Shown here one piece after another: positions 19,931 to 31,533 of a stretch of DNA of 64,000 nt. This DNA is from a virus (lineage: Duplodnaviria > Caudoviricetes). Position 1 is the stretch's first letter. Every line of letters starts with the position of its first letter. The stretch lies in the IMG/VR virus record IMGVR_UViG_2713896764_000001, positions 1-64,000 of that record; one strand, given 5' to 3'. The notes under the pieces are model-generated. The model did no database searches, was not told the origin of the DNA, and was given only the letters and a program-made list of their open reading frames with translations. Made by a program: the position numbers and the translations under genes.

Positions 19931-20208
19931 CCACCGATGCCACCCAAAGCGCCAAAGAAAATGATTTGATGAGTGCTCATTTCTCTCATTAGCCCGAGTG
20001 AATACATCGCAACGCCAGCAATACCAGACAAGATCATTTCCCCGAATAAAACGCGCAGGTTCAGCTTCGGCTCATCAGAAAGAAGTTGTTTGGCAATAGA
20101 TCCAAGAACAAACAGCCCTACTATCGAAACAAGCAGGGACGGAGCTTCGATAGCAGGGTCGGATGAGGTCTTAGTCGCAACCTCGACGAGAAGATCTGAC
20201 TTATCCAT
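19879..20208 (-). CDS. holin (three TM segments)
   Basis: three hydrophobic segments, basic C-terminus, AGGAG RBS, overlaps the endolysin. Confidence 0.8.
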   Translation of the reverse strand: MDKSDLLVEVATKTSSDPAIEAPSLLVSIVGLFVLGSIAKQLLSDEPKLNLRVLFGEMILSGIAGVAMYSLGLMREMSTHQIIFFGALGGIGGWRTVLWIIKIIKSNKN

Positions 20209-20270
20209 GTCTAGGCTCCTTAAAAGCCCGAACATAATAAGTCATCACTTACTTATTATCTAGCCAAAAA

Positions 20271-20906
20271 TCAATGACCTTTTTCCAGTTTTTCAACCTT
20301 TTGGGCTAGTTCATTAACAGCTTCAATCAGGACTGCCACCAAGCCGTTGTAATTCACGGCCAGCTTGTCTTCCTCCTTGAATACAAGATGCTTATCAACC
20401 GCCTCTACCTCCTGAGCCAAGACACCTACAGAGGCTTGTCCGGACGCCTTTAACTTGTAGGTGTAACCGCCCAACTGTTTCACCTTGCCAAGCGCACCGG
20501 TGATTTTCCGAATGTCTGTTTTGGCCTTCATGTCGGAGGTGTTGTAGATGATCCCGCCCACAGTCAGGTTTGTTGTGATTGTTACTGACTTGGCGAACGT
20601 CTCGTCCACCGCTTTACGCGCATAAGCAGAATCATGGTTGTGGGACTTCGCCGCATATTTGGCATCCGCATCCTGCACTGAAAGCGGTGTTTTGGCGAAG
20701 TCGATAATCATCTTCCAACCGCCGTCCGCATACATGTAGAGCTTTTTCTGGTCACTGCGGTAACAGGTTCGACCGTCGCTAGGTGGTGGCGTTGTCGGCC
20801 AAGCAATACCCGATGAGTTTGAAAGAGCTGTTTTGTCGTTATTCAAGATCTGCGGCAATGACGCACGAAGGTTGGTGTTTTCAGTAATCTCGGTATAGTT
20901 TTGCAT
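20271..20906 (-). CDS. tail fibre/tip protein with S74 chaperone
   Basis: TSDMKAKTDI...GVLAQEV...VNYNGLV. Confidence 0.85.
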   Translation of the reverse strand: MQNYTEITENTNLRASLPQILNNDKTALSNSSGIAWPTTPPPSDGRTCYRSDQKKLYMYADGGWKMIIDFAKTPLSVQDADAKYAAKSHNHDSAYARKAVDETFAKSVTITTNLTVGGIIYNTSDMKAKTDIRKITGALGKVKQLGGYTYKLKASGQASVGVLAQEVEAVDKHLVFKEEDKLAVNYNGLVAVLIEAVNELAQKVEKLEKGH

Positions 20907-20931
20907 GTTTCATCCCCAAAAACTGGCTACC

Positions 20932-23900
20932 TTAGTAGCCAGAAGCATTCCAGTTAACTCGTCCCGTTGTCAGGCTGCCCATAGAGTCATAGATAGACAC
21001 ATAGAAGCCATCAGTCGTGATGTTTGAGGCGTAGACCGTTGCCCCAACCACCACATCCGCTCCTGTAGAGCCGGTGAACTGCGGAACCACACGCGGTGGG
21101 ACAGTGAATTTCCGATTGAACTTCACCTGCATGTTGTCAGGCTCAGTCACCTCCACATAACCACGGTCGATTACATCCGGCACGTCCACAATCAGAACTG
21201 ATGAGGAAATGCCAGGTAACATTGAGGTTGAGTCCGTCCAGACCCGATAGACAATGTCCACCTCATCCGAATCGTAGAATCCCGCAGTAAACCTCTCGTA
21301 GCGCGTCCACCCACACAAACGAGGCGTTTTAGCGTGGAAGGCGGCAAGCTGCTCCCTTCCGCTAATCTCAATGGCCTTCTCCAAACGCAGGCTTCTCAGG
21401 CACAAAGCCGGAGTCGTTCCTGACTCGGAAATAGCCTCGGTGATCTTCAAGTGCTGGATTGCACCCAAGTTTCGAATGATGGCGGTTGTCTCTGCGCATT
21501 TACCACCATGAACGGACGCGCTAACCACCACCTCTTCCGAGCGCTGGCGAACCATCAGGTTAATTACTCGGTTAACTACGTTGCTTGAGTCCAAAGGCTT
21601 AGCAAGAATCAGCGTAGAGCCGCCCTGGACCCCGATATGGAACTCTCGGCCAATATCCTCAATGTTAATCAACAAGCTACCCGCAGAACCCTCAACCAAG
21701 AACTTGCCGATCAGTCCACTGCGAACCGCACCAATCGAGAAAACCAGTTGAGACTCCATACCTGCCATGCCTTTTAACGGGAATCTCGCGTAGCCAGCAC
21801 TTGTCATATACATACCCACCGCCTGCATTGCGCCGCGAACGATGGTTCCGGCTGTCAGAGTCGTTTCGCTCAATGTAGGCACGGACTCGTTATAGCCCTT
21901 CTTGACTGACGTTACAGTGTGACAATCATAACCCTCGAACAGACTTGCATCTCGTCCACGCATCTTGGTCGAGATATACCGCTCGAATCGGTGGCTATCA
22001 TCCACACCAGATGGAATCCAGAACATTGTCTCTGCCTCAGCCCATGAAATTTCACCAAGGCTCGCCCAGTTCCGGTCGTCATCCTCTGCTACGGAGAATG
22101 GGAAGTCTCGAACGATCAATCGGGAAGCTCGGGCTGAGTGTGTCTGCTCAGTTTCGCGGTATTCAAGGTAGCTCTGGCCGGAAACACCAACGAGTGAGTT
22201 GACCTTATCAACCAGCATGTTTACCTTAACGCCATCCCAGCCTGCCGCCCCGAAGTTAACGGTATGGATAACGTTGTAATCCTCCAGGTCATTCCGAGCC
22301 ACAGCGGCAAATGAAGCCGATGCCGATGGAATGCCGAACCGGTCAATCGCTTTTACCCAAAAGTAGTCTTCTGCCTCAATGGAGTCAGAGTCGATTGAGT
22401 ATGAGTTACCCGATACATCCGCCAAGTGCTCTGACATAGCCCAGCTCTGACCACGGCGAATGGTGTAACTCGTTACATCAGGGCTTGGATGCTTATCCCA
22501 GCGCAGGATAACCACTCGGTCGTTCTGGATAGCAGTTAGACCAGTTACGGGATCTGGCCCCTTAATCTCAATGCGAGTCGAAGACGCCGACTCAGACATG
22601 TTGCCCTCAACGTCAATCGCCTTTATCAAGAAGGTAAAGCTACCCGCCTCCTTGGTGTCGATAACCGTTGAAGTGGTATCCAGACGTTCAACGACAATTG
22701 TTGATGATCCCCAAGTGCTTCCCTGTCGAATCTGATAACCAACAACATCCGCCTCTCTGTTGGAAGCCCAAGACAAGGTAATACCTGCAAATGAGCGTCC
22801 AGCTTTGAAGCCCTCTACAGCTTTTGGCGCTACTGATGTGCCAAGAACCGTATGCGTCACCACCTCTGAGATCGGGCAAACCTGTCCGGTCATATCCAAG
22901 GTGTTTGCCGTTACCGTCAGTGAGTCGCCGTTTTGAAGGTTTTCGACAACATAGCTCATCGTGCCGGTTGGAATGCGAATGACCTCCGTGCTCTGACCGT
23001 TAAGCGAAATACCAAGACGGACGGACGCATAGCTGCCGGTCAATGGACGCTCCCACGAAATATAAGCCCGAGTCATCACAGTCATGCCCGACTTGTAAAT
23101 CTCCTCAACGATGCCGAGGTTTCGCACTGGTGCAGGTGGCTCATTTGGATTCATCGGAGGCACATATTCATACTCACCGCTCAGGTTGAAGATAGACTCG
23201 TTATATTCAACGCAAGACAGAGTTCGCTTGAAATCGCCATCGCCGGAAATAGCCGTAACCACGAAAGGCTTAGCCACTCGCGACGACTTGCCGATGTGAA
23301 TCATGCTCTGAGGCAAAATATCAGCAGGCAATTCCGTATAGAGGTGCAGCAACCCCTTTTCAGGCTCGGTTTTCATGATGTTCGAGGTAAACAGATGATC
23401 GAACTTAATCAAATCAACGGCACTACCTACCGCCAAACCAGCCGGAATCCGGTCGAGATACACCGCCTTGCCGTCACTGCCAATCAGACGCTCATTCAGA
23501 GAACCAAAGCCGATAGCAGCAACGTCACGACTAACAGCAGCATCCAGAGTAACTTTCTTATTAGCCGCATCAATTGCCGCAACTTTTGCTGTCCCCAGCT
23601 TGAACGTTGGGTAGTGAACCATGACCTGAGAGCCAAACTCTGCAATGTCAGCCTCGGACAAATCCACCTGAACCACACCGCTCTTCGCCTGTCCGGTCAA
23701 CGTCCGGCATGAGCGCCCCCAATCAATATGGTCGCTCTGAACCAACACCACATCGCCAAGGGAACATGCAATGGCATCAAGGTAAGCGTCGAACGTGCAA
23801 CTCACACTGATGTATTTGTTATTGGCTCTGAATACGCCAAGAATTTTCTCCGCCTGCTCTTTGTTGGTCACACCAGGCAATGAAACCTTGTTCTCGCGAA

Positions 23901-25930
23901 TTGGCGCACCCTTGGCAATTTCGTCATGCTCGACGATCTTCACGAAGGAAGCCGCGTTCTTGTTCTCAATGTCGTAGTATTCAGCCTCAAACACGTTTGC
24001 ACGGTCTTTGCTGCTCGACCATGACACCGACAACGTATCTGCAAGCATGTTTGACGAGCCAAACACCATCACCGGATTGCGAGGCTCGTAGATGATCAGA
24101 CTTAGCTGGGAACCCACAGGGCTAATCTTCGCCAGACCGCAGCGTGTCACGATCTGTAGCGCATCCCATACACTCGTCATGGAGTCGAATACGCCGTTGA
24201 ATTTTAGCTTGTTGGAGTTGCAATACGCCGCCCAATCAACGAACCGGTCAAAGTCGATATGTCGCTTAGGAACGGAGCCGAACTCAATGGCAATGTCCAA
24301 TGAAATCCAAGCAGGGTTGTCACTCCAGATGTAGCCAGTCTGATTGCCTCGGCGGTCATAGGTCTTCACCTTGCGACCACGAACAAGGCTGACAACATCC
24401 GGTGTCCCGTTTAGCTGGTCTGTTGCCTTGATGGTGGCTCGAAGAACGGCTGTCCCTCGGTGAGCAACCGTCGAATACTGAACTGCCTCAACGGCATTCA
24501 GCCAGCACTCATCCATGATGTAGTCTGACTCCGATTCCGCCGTAATACGGAAGAAGCCGAGTTCATAGACGGTATCATGAGCCTGCGAGTTAAGGTTCAT
24601 CTTGACGATGACCCGCTTAGGGTTTGAGGTGCAGTCTTTAATGATGTTCGACTGCGATAGTGCCTGCATCGCCTTTGCCGACTTGACCGTGACGCCTTTC
24701 CCTTCAATCTGGTAGCGATAGTAGTAACGGGCATTAGTCGATTCATGCTGCTCAAGCTCAACCGAAAGCTCTCTTACCCCCGTTACAATGCCTGTAAGGG
24801 GATTTGAAATAACCCTGACCCAATCACTTTCGCTCGACTTCTTGCGCTCAATCATAAGCGTTGCGTTGTAACTATCGGTCGCCGACAGCTTGAACGAGAA
24901 CTTCACAAGGTGGTTTTTCGTATCAGTGAGGTCAGTGTTAAAAGCCAGCTCCTTGCCGGAATCACCTGCATATGTCCAAGTGCCGCCCTTAATTCTGTAT
25001 GCCGTGCGGATTTCAACCTCTCGGTCCCACTTCTTGTTTGAGTCGTCGTCTCGGTGAATCAAGCCGTATGGGAAAGAGATTTGAAGCTCGGCTGCGTTAG
25101 TGCCTGCCGGAAGCTCAACAACCCCCATTTCCTGATTAAATGCTCGACCAACCTCAATGTGGCGACGAATAGACCCAGCATACTCGGAGGAAACTGGCTC
25201 ATTCAGCGCCCCGCGCTTGTAAGACCAGCTTGTAGACTGATAGCTCTCAATTGGCTGATCGTTTACCAGCACCTCTTTGACTTCGCTGATTTCACCCTCT
25301 GATAGCGCGACCAGCATAGTCAGAACTTCGTCCTCGTCGGACAGTCCCTTATCCATGCCGATTAGCAAACCGCCCGTCCAATGTTCGCCATACAGGACAG
25401 GAATCGGAGAGCCTTCTCGCGTATTCATTGACGGCGCGCCCAAACTGTAAGTTGAGCTTTGCTCTTCGGAGGCGGATGCCTGCGTTGGCATTGGGATAAG
25501 CGCGTTGATCAGCAGTGCGCCAGCGGTATTGATGGCGGCTGCAGCCAAGCCTTTCATGAACGTGCTACTAATGCCGCCAGTAGCCCACGCCGAAAAGGCG
25601 GCAACAGCAATCAGGGCAACTGAACGTAAAATGCCCTTGTTATCGCCGCCACCACCAAACACATTCTGAATAAGGACGATGTGTTCGCCTTTGCCTGGAA
25701 TAACCTCAATCCCAGACGCTCTCTGCCATTTCCTGACCGCCAAGGAAGACAGCGAATGCGTCATCCCGAGGCAGACCCTCTAGATAATGAGACAGAGCAG
25801 CCCCCTCTTGGTAAACGATGTTCGCGTAATCTCTCTTGCTGAGATCGAACGGCGAGTAGAGGATCTGCAAATGCAAATCGTCACTGCAACTCGCGCTCAA
25901 ATCCACACTAGGGATTATGTTGTGCTGCAT
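20932..25930 (-). CDS. tail tip protein (gpI-gpJ-like host specificity protein), frameshifted near 25709
   Basis: PIPVLYGE, LSEGEI, WSDNPAW, FN3 repeats; N-terminus MQHN...SVWD joins EVIPGKG after removing one T. Confidence 0.85.
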
Positions 25931-26367
25931 GGTTGATAAACTCCAACAACCTTGTTTCTCCAAACAGGACTCAGCAGACGGTCTACAACAACCATCCCTG
26001 AGCCTTGCCACGTGTGAATGAATTGCATCTTTGGCAGCAACATGGCGGTATGGCAGTCCTCACCCGCCACCCTCAGCAGCAATGTGCTGTAAGGAACGAG
26101 CGCGTAGGTATTGCTGTCTGTCGGATCGCAGCTTTTGATGGTCGGGTATCCGGCTTTACTCAGCACCGGTTCCCAGCTCTGTTTCCAAACGGCGGCAGAA
26201 CTTGCCATTTGCCGTGGCGTTTCGGGCGTTTTGTAATTGGGAGCCTCAACCCCCATTCGTCGATAAAGCTCCATCAGCAGCCCGTAACAGTCGTAATAAC
26301 CGTTTTCGCCTCTCGCACCTCTCAGATAGGGCTTTGTTAGCAAATCGCCAAAATACAACTCAGTCAC
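25915..26367 (-). CDS. tail tip assembly protein K (NlpC/P60)
   Basis: YDCYGL, H..., FIH motifs; lambda L-K-I-J order. Confidence 0.85.
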   Translation of the reverse strand: MTELYFGDLLTKPYLRGARGENGYYDCYGLLMELYRRMGVEAPNYKTPETPRQMASSAAVWKQSWEPVLSKAGYPTIKSCDPTDSNTYALVPYSTLLLRVAGEDCHTAMLLPKMQFIHTWQGSGMVVVDRLLSPVWRNKVVGVYQPCSTT

Positions 26368-26381
26368 CGCTTACTAATCCT

Positions 26382-26984
26382 TTAGCTAAAAATAGACGGA
26401 AAACCGCCAAAATTCGCCGAGTTACCCTTGGCTATACAGCCATTTCGGCCATTCAGGCTGTAGTCACAAGTCTGCGCTGAGCCTTTATAGCCGCAGCGTT
26501 CATCTTTGAAAAACCAAGAGCAGTATTCTCGGTAGGCAATGCGTCTTGGATACCGAACTCGCAGGTAATCAGGCATTTCCAACTTAAAGGAAATGTCTCC
26601 GCCCTTAACGCTCGTATCTGAAATGGATAGAACTTCCGTAAACTCCGGCTCTCTATCGAGTGTCATTGTATTCACAATGTCGATCTGAACCTCAGAGCCA
26701 GCCGCCCCTCTTGATGACTCGATAAGGCGCTGGATTTGTCCCGTAGAGTCATGCCCGGTGATGGAAGCAGTTGTCATTTCTCCCTCTGACTGCTGAAACT
26801 CAAAGTCGAAGTTCGCGGCCAAGTAGGTATTGCCCTTATATTCAATATCCTCAATCCATCGAGCAATGTAGATTGAGGTCAGCTCTCCGTTAACATCCAT
26901 CCGAACAGTAAAAAGAGGCACGAATGCCTCTTTTGATGCAAGTTTGGATTTGTCGATAACGGATGCAACATTTAGGTGTCGCAT
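26382..26984 (-). CDS. minor tail protein L
   Basis: C-terminal C.W.FK..RCGY.G...CDYS...GC....NFGGFP Fe-S motif. Confidence 0.85.
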   Translation of the reverse strand: MRHLNVASVIDKSKLASKEAFVPLFTVRMDVNGELTSIYIARWIEDIEYKGNTYLAANFDFEFQQSEGEMTTASITGHDSTGQIQRLIESSRGAAGSEVQIDIVNTMTLDREPEFTEVLSISDTSVKGGDISFKLEMPDYLRVRYPRRIAYREYCSWFFKDERCGYKGSAQTCDYSLNGRNGCIAKGNSANFGGFPSIFS

Positions 26985-26990
26985 CTATCT

Positions 26991-27371
26991 CTAAACCTCA
27001 GTCAGTTTAATCAGGACATCCCAAAGGTGAACACCACCAATGCCCTTGTAACTGAACAGTAATTTATCAGCAAAGCGAACCAAATGTAAGTCACCGCTTA
27101 CTGGATTTTTGTAGAAAAATGGCTCTACGCCGCCCATGCGAGCCTCATAGAACTTAACCAGCTCTTTCCTGTTTGTCTCAGATAAGTCGGTAAAGCCGGT
27201 CTCAAATGACTTACGTGCCTTTCGTGTATGACGGGGGCGCGTGAAGACATACCCATTATCCGAATCTACCCGAATGGCTTGGTCTTCAAGCTCAACCTTA
27301 TGCTTGCTTGAATCCTCCCCCGTAGACGTTGAGATTCGCCCGAAATTAGGCATTAACGCATAGCTTCTCAT
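26991..27371 (-). CDS. distal tail / minor tail protein M-like
   Basis: follows the tape measure; FYEARMGGVEPFF pattern. Confidence 0.75.
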   Translation of the reverse strand: MRSYALMPNFGRISTSTGEDSSKHKVELEDQAIRVDSDNGYVFTRPRHTRKARKSFETGFTDLSETNRKELVKFYEARMGGVEPFFYKNPVSGDLHLVRFADKLLFSYKGIGGVHLWDVLIKLTEV

Positions 27372-30300
27372 TAGCTAAGTGCTCCCTTCATACCGTCCCT
27401 GAATGAACCAGGCTTATTCACGGCTTCCAACACAACATCAAGAATCATCTTCTTGCCATCAAAACGGCGGCCGGTTTCACGGGCGCTCATCTGCTCTCCT
27501 GACTGGTTAATCAGATTGAACTCTACGGCTCCACCCATTGAGGCGGTTGCTGGTGCTGAGCGCGTCATAGAGGCTTGCCGAGGCATTGCCGTAACCATCT
27601 GAGGTGCAATACTGCGGCCAGCCATTGCCAAGTTACCCCCGACTGAAGCAATCGCACCGCCAGCCATTGAGCCAACAGATGAAGCCGCCACATCCGAAGC
27701 CGCTTGCACACCCGCCGTAGCCCCGCCGCCTTGCAGCGATGTGAACCAGTTGCTAATCCCGTCTGTCAGCGGTGAAATCACCGTTTTCATCAGGGCAATG
27801 CGCAGGATTTGCTGAATAACCTTTTCCGCAAAGTTGCGCCACTGATCTTCGCCGGTCATCATGAAGGAGGTTGTTGCATCTACAATTCCTTCAAGAGCAC
27901 CTGCCATGACGTTTTCAAGCTGCTCGCCAAAGTCCTGATACTGAACCGCCAGCTTCGCAAAAGCCCCTTCGGTTAGCTTTTGGCGCTCATGAGAGGCTGC
28001 CGCAGCAATCCGAGTTTTCTCGCCCTGATAAGCCTCCCAACTCAATTTGTCATCGAGATAGAGCTTGTCTAGCGCTTGGTTCTCGGCAACAACGATTTCG
28101 TCAAAGGCAGCCAGACGAGCGCTACGGGATGCCTCGTTCTTATAGTCGCCACGCTTTTTCAGGCGATTGTCGATGTTATTCAGGAAAGGCGTGATATTGT
28201 CAGAAAGAACAATCTGGTCTTGAATGGCCTGCTTGTTCGCTTCCATGTATTGAAGCATTGTCTTGGCATTATCAACCTGCTCTTTCGGAATCAAGCCGCC
28301 ATTCGGACTATTCGCCAAGGCCAGAATCTCTTCATACTTCTGTTTGGTAAGGTCAAACTGAGTATTGAACTCGTCCAGCTTTGTCGGTCCCTGCACGTCC
28401 ATGTCTGAACGCATCCAAGAATCGGCAGATTTCGACAGCTTTCCAGCTTTCTCCGCAGTCGCCTGTCGTCTCTCAAGGTTATCCATCGCACGGGCTACGC
28501 CTCGGATATCTTGAGCCAGCTTCTCAAACGCCGGTTCCTTGGCAATCTCGCCAAGCTCTTCCCTAAACTGCTGGATTCGTTCCAGTGCCGCACCCAAGAA
28601 AGCACCGCTACCGGTTTCGCGTCCGTCCATTCGGGCAAACTGCACCTGTAGGGTTTTCAGGTAGGTCTTCATCTTGCCGGTCGTCTTATCAAGCGCTGCA
28701 CGTCCAGAGTCAGACAAGATCTTGCCAACTTCACCGGAGTAACGCTTATCCACATCGGCCAGTGACTTCATCAGCCCCTCATACTGAGACTGATATTGGT
28801 TCATCTGCTCAATGCGCTTCTCGATCTCCGCTCTTTCCTTGGCTGTAACGTCAGGGTTTGACAGATAGCTCAGTCGTTCTGAGCTGGCGTCGATTTCCCT
28901 TTGCAGCAGTGCCATTTCTTTCTGCACTACACCACGAGCTAGACTGCGCTGTTCAGCTCGGTTTTTGGCAAGCGCCGCCTCTTTCTCAGACACAAGCATT
29001 TTCGAGTTAATGATTTCCTCGTAGGCTTTCGCCAGCTTGTCTGATTCTTGGTTGTAGGTTGTTCGAACGGCCTCCATTTCCTCGGCAATTTTGGCTCGCT
29101 CCTGCGCCAGCTCTTTTGAAATGGAAGACTCGTAAACGTAAGATGCAGACTTATCCAGCGCCTCTTGAAGCTCTTTCTGAGCCAGCTTAATGCGCTCAAG
29201 CTCTTCATCGGTGGCTTCCTTGGATAGCGCGCCCAGCCTCTCAAGACGTGCCTCTACGTCCTTGATGGTAGATTCGTTGGCCTGCTTCGGATCGGCTTTC
29301 AACTCCGCCGCCCACTCAATCGATCGATCAGCCAATGTAGACTTATCCCAAATGCCGTAAAGCGCAGACAATGCCTCATAGGCCATCCAAACTGCGGTAG
29401 CCAACGCAGCAAAATGAGGTTGAACAGCCGCAATGCCCGTTCTCAGGGTTGTAAACAGAGCACGAACGCCAACCATGCCCTTGCGGAAATTACCGAATAC
29501 CGCAGTCACACGCTTGCCGACAGAACTTAGCTTCTCCATCACCTTCGTCAAAGCGCCACCATCGGCGGATACCTTGTTGAAGTTTTTGAACTTGTCTGCA
29601 AACGACTCTACGCCCTTGCCTGCCTTCGACAGCACACTCAGTAGCTTCACAAATGGCGCAACAAGCAGTTTGCCGATACCAAGAATCAGCTTACCGCCAA
29701 TCAAATAGCCGATTGTCGTCGCGACAGCCGAGATTGCGTCACGGTTCTCATACATGACCTTCATCAGCTCGGTCATCTTCACGACCATCTGAGCAAGCCA
29801 AGTGCCGAACTCCTGCGCCCACTCCCTGAATGCTTTGGTTTCCAGAGCGGCATTAAGCTCTAAAACGGAATGCGTTACGGCGTCATAGTAGGAAGGTAGG
29901 TTGCCCTCTTTGTCTCCGGAACCTTCACCAATCTCGCGCCCCAACAGCTTCAAGTTTGCGGCCAGCTTCGACATTTGACCTGAATAGGTCTTCATCATCT
30001 TCTCAGCCGAACCACCAAAGGCCAGTTCAAACTCAGCAAGAAGACCTTTAATTGCAGGCAATGCCGCAACGGTGCCGGTTTCGATTTGCTTAACCAACTG
30101 ACCGACTGACACACCCATTGAGCGAGCCATCAGCTTCATTGCCGCCGGAACCGATTCACCCAATTGCTGACGCAACTCTTCCATCGAGATTACGCCTTTA
30201 CCCGCCATTTGCTGGATAGCCACGGCTGCACGTTCAAGCTCCAGGTCAGAACCACCAAACGCCGCAACACCGTCAACAAGCGCTTTAAGAGAGCCGTTTG

Positions 30301-30820
30301 TTGGGTCGATTCCGCCGGATTTGAACTTAACGAATGAGTTTCGAAGGGCATCAATTTTGAATGGCGCTGATTTTGTCATTTCGAGAACGTAATTAACGTC
30401 CCGAACCGACTCTTTGACAACATCACCAGTGGTAGCCAGACCGCGCATTGTCAGTGTCAGACGTTCAATATCATCGGTTGCCCGTAAGATCGCGTCCTGC
30501 CACGTCCAAAATACATGCTGCAAAGAGGACATTGCCCCTTCAAGCATTCCCAGAACCATCACACCTTCAAATGCACTTCGACCGACGCCATTGAAGCGAC
30601 GTTCTAATTTGGCTAAGGCAGATGAGGTTCGGTTGACTGGTGCTTCCACCTTGACCATAGCATCAACTAGCTGCTGCATCTTAACGTCGATGCCGGACAA
30701 GGTGTGGTTAGTCTTTTTTGCGGTAGCGTCTAGCTTTTTAAGACGGTCTTTCAGATTTTTGAAAGCCTGTTGAGCACCGCGATCACTCGCGGTGAACTCG
30801 AAGTGTAGATTATCGCTCAC
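27371..30820 (-). CDS. tape measure protein
   Basis: 1149-aa helical protein, QMAGKGVISMEELRQQLGE motif. Confidence 0.92.
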   Translation of the reverse strand: MSDNLHFEFTASDRGAQQAFKNLKDRLKKLDATAKKTNHTLSGIDVKMQQLVDAMVKVEAPVNRTSSALAKLERRFNGVGRSAFEGVMVLGMLEGAMSSLQHVFWTWQDAILRATDDIERLTLTMRGLATTGDVVKESVRDVNYVLEMTKSAPFKIDALRNSFVKFKSGGIDPTNGSLKALVDGVAAFGGSDLELERAAVAIQQMAGKGVISMEELRQQLGESVPAAMKLMARSMGVSVGQLVKQIETGTVAALPAIKGLLAEFELAFGGSAEKMMKTYSGQMSKLAANLKLLGREIGEGSGDKEGNLPSYYDAVTHSVLELNAALETKAFREWAQEFGTWLAQMVVKMTELMKVMYENRDAISAVATTIGYLIGGKLILGIGKLLVAPFVKLLSVLSKAGKGVESFADKFKNFNKVSADGGALTKVMEKLSSVGKRVTAVFGNFRKGMVGVRALFTTLRTGIAAVQPHFAALATAVWMAYEALSALYGIWDKSTLADRSIEWAAELKADPKQANESTIKDVEARLERLGALSKEATDEELERIKLAQKELQEALDKSASYVYESSISKELAQERAKIAEEMEAVRTTYNQESDKLAKAYEEIINSKMLVSEKEAALAKNRAEQRSLARGVVQKEMALLQREIDASSERLSYLSNPDVTAKERAEIEKRIEQMNQYQSQYEGLMKSLADVDKRYSGEVGKILSDSGRAALDKTTGKMKTYLKTLQVQFARMDGRETGSGAFLGAALERIQQFREELGEIAKEPAFEKLAQDIRGVARAMDNLERRQATAEKAGKLSKSADSWMRSDMDVQGPTKLDEFNTQFDLTKQKYEEILALANSPNGGLIPKEQVDNAKTMLQYMEANKQAIQDQIVLSDNITPFLNNIDNRLKKRGDYKNEASRSARLAAFDEIVVAENQALDKLYLDDKLSWEAYQGEKTRIAAAASHERQKLTEGAFAKLAVQYQDFGEQLENVMAGALEGIVDATTSFMMTGEDQWRNFAEKVIQQILRIALMKTVISPLTDGISNWFTSLQGGGATAGVQAASDVAASSVGSMAGGAIASVGGNLAMAGRSIAPQMVTAMPRQASMTRSAPATASMGGAVEFNLINQSGEQMSARETGRRFDGKKMILDVVLEAVNKPGSFRDGMKGALS

Positions 30821-31172
30821 TTATCGCATTCCCTAGCAGTGATTTCAGCCTATCAATGGCATCTGCATCAGGCTCGGCATCCTCTAATGAGCGTTTAATC
30901 TCAATTGGACTGGATAACTGCTCGGTAAGAGATTCCGCGAAGTCCTTGAGGTGTTCTTCACTGGTTTGCGAAGCCCGCAGAAGCCTTAGTTGGCTGATGT
31001 CCATTTCCGCTCTGTGGCGGTCTACGTTCCGGCTCATCATCCAAAAGGTTCGAATGGGAAGAGCCAGCACTTCGCTATAGGAAAGGTTGTAGTGATGAAT
31101 CAGGCGGGAAAAGTAGAAACCCAAGTCAATCGCCACAACCTCACCGCTCTCATTCCGAGTTATTCCTTTCCC
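30810..31172 (-). CDS. tail assembly chaperone, gpT part (reached by -1 frameshift)
   Basis: frame is open from the GGGAAAG slippery site into VAIDLG... Confidence 0.75.
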   Translation of the reverse strand, partial: GKGITRNESGEVVAIDLGFYFSRLIHHYNLSYSEVLALPIRTFWMMSRNVDRHRAEMDISQLRLLRASQTSEEHLKDFAESLTEQLSSPIEIKRSLEDAEPDADAIDRLKSLLGNAISER

Positions 31173-31480
31173 TCGGATTGAGATTCGGCACCCTCTTGAT
31201 TTTCAGCTTCCGCATCCTCGGAAACGAAATTCACTAGGGCAATGATCTGTTCGAAAGTCATGCTTTCCAGTTTTTCGCGGGTGATTGTCGGCACCACAGA
31301 CAAGACAACTTGAATGTAGGTATCAAGCTGTTCTTGCATCGTTGCATTCTTCTTCTGCATCAGCTTTTGCATCGCCACAAATGCACCGAATGAAAGCGGG
31401 TTTACTTTATGCTTCACGCCGCCCAGCAGGACTTCTTTTGTTGCAGGGGCGATTTCGTCTAGATTCAACAGCTTTGTCAT
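31160..31480 (-). CDS. tail assembly chaperone gpG-like
   Basis: between tail tube and tape measure; ends with G GGA AAG. Confidence 0.8.
   Translation of the reverse strand: MTKLLNLDEIAPATKEVLLGGVKHKVNPLSFGAFVAMQKLMQKKNATMQEQLDTYIQVVLSVVPTITREKLESMTFEQIIALVNFVSEDAEAENQEGAESQSEGKE
31166..31172 (-). promoter_or_regulatory. programmed -1 ribosomal frameshift site GGGAAAG
   Basis: same heptamer as lambda G/GT, in the correct frame and position. Confidence 0.8.
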
Positions 31481-31533
31481 TCTCTCGTCTCCAAAAATAG
31501 GGGCATTTCAGCCCCTAGTAAGTCATAGGTGAC

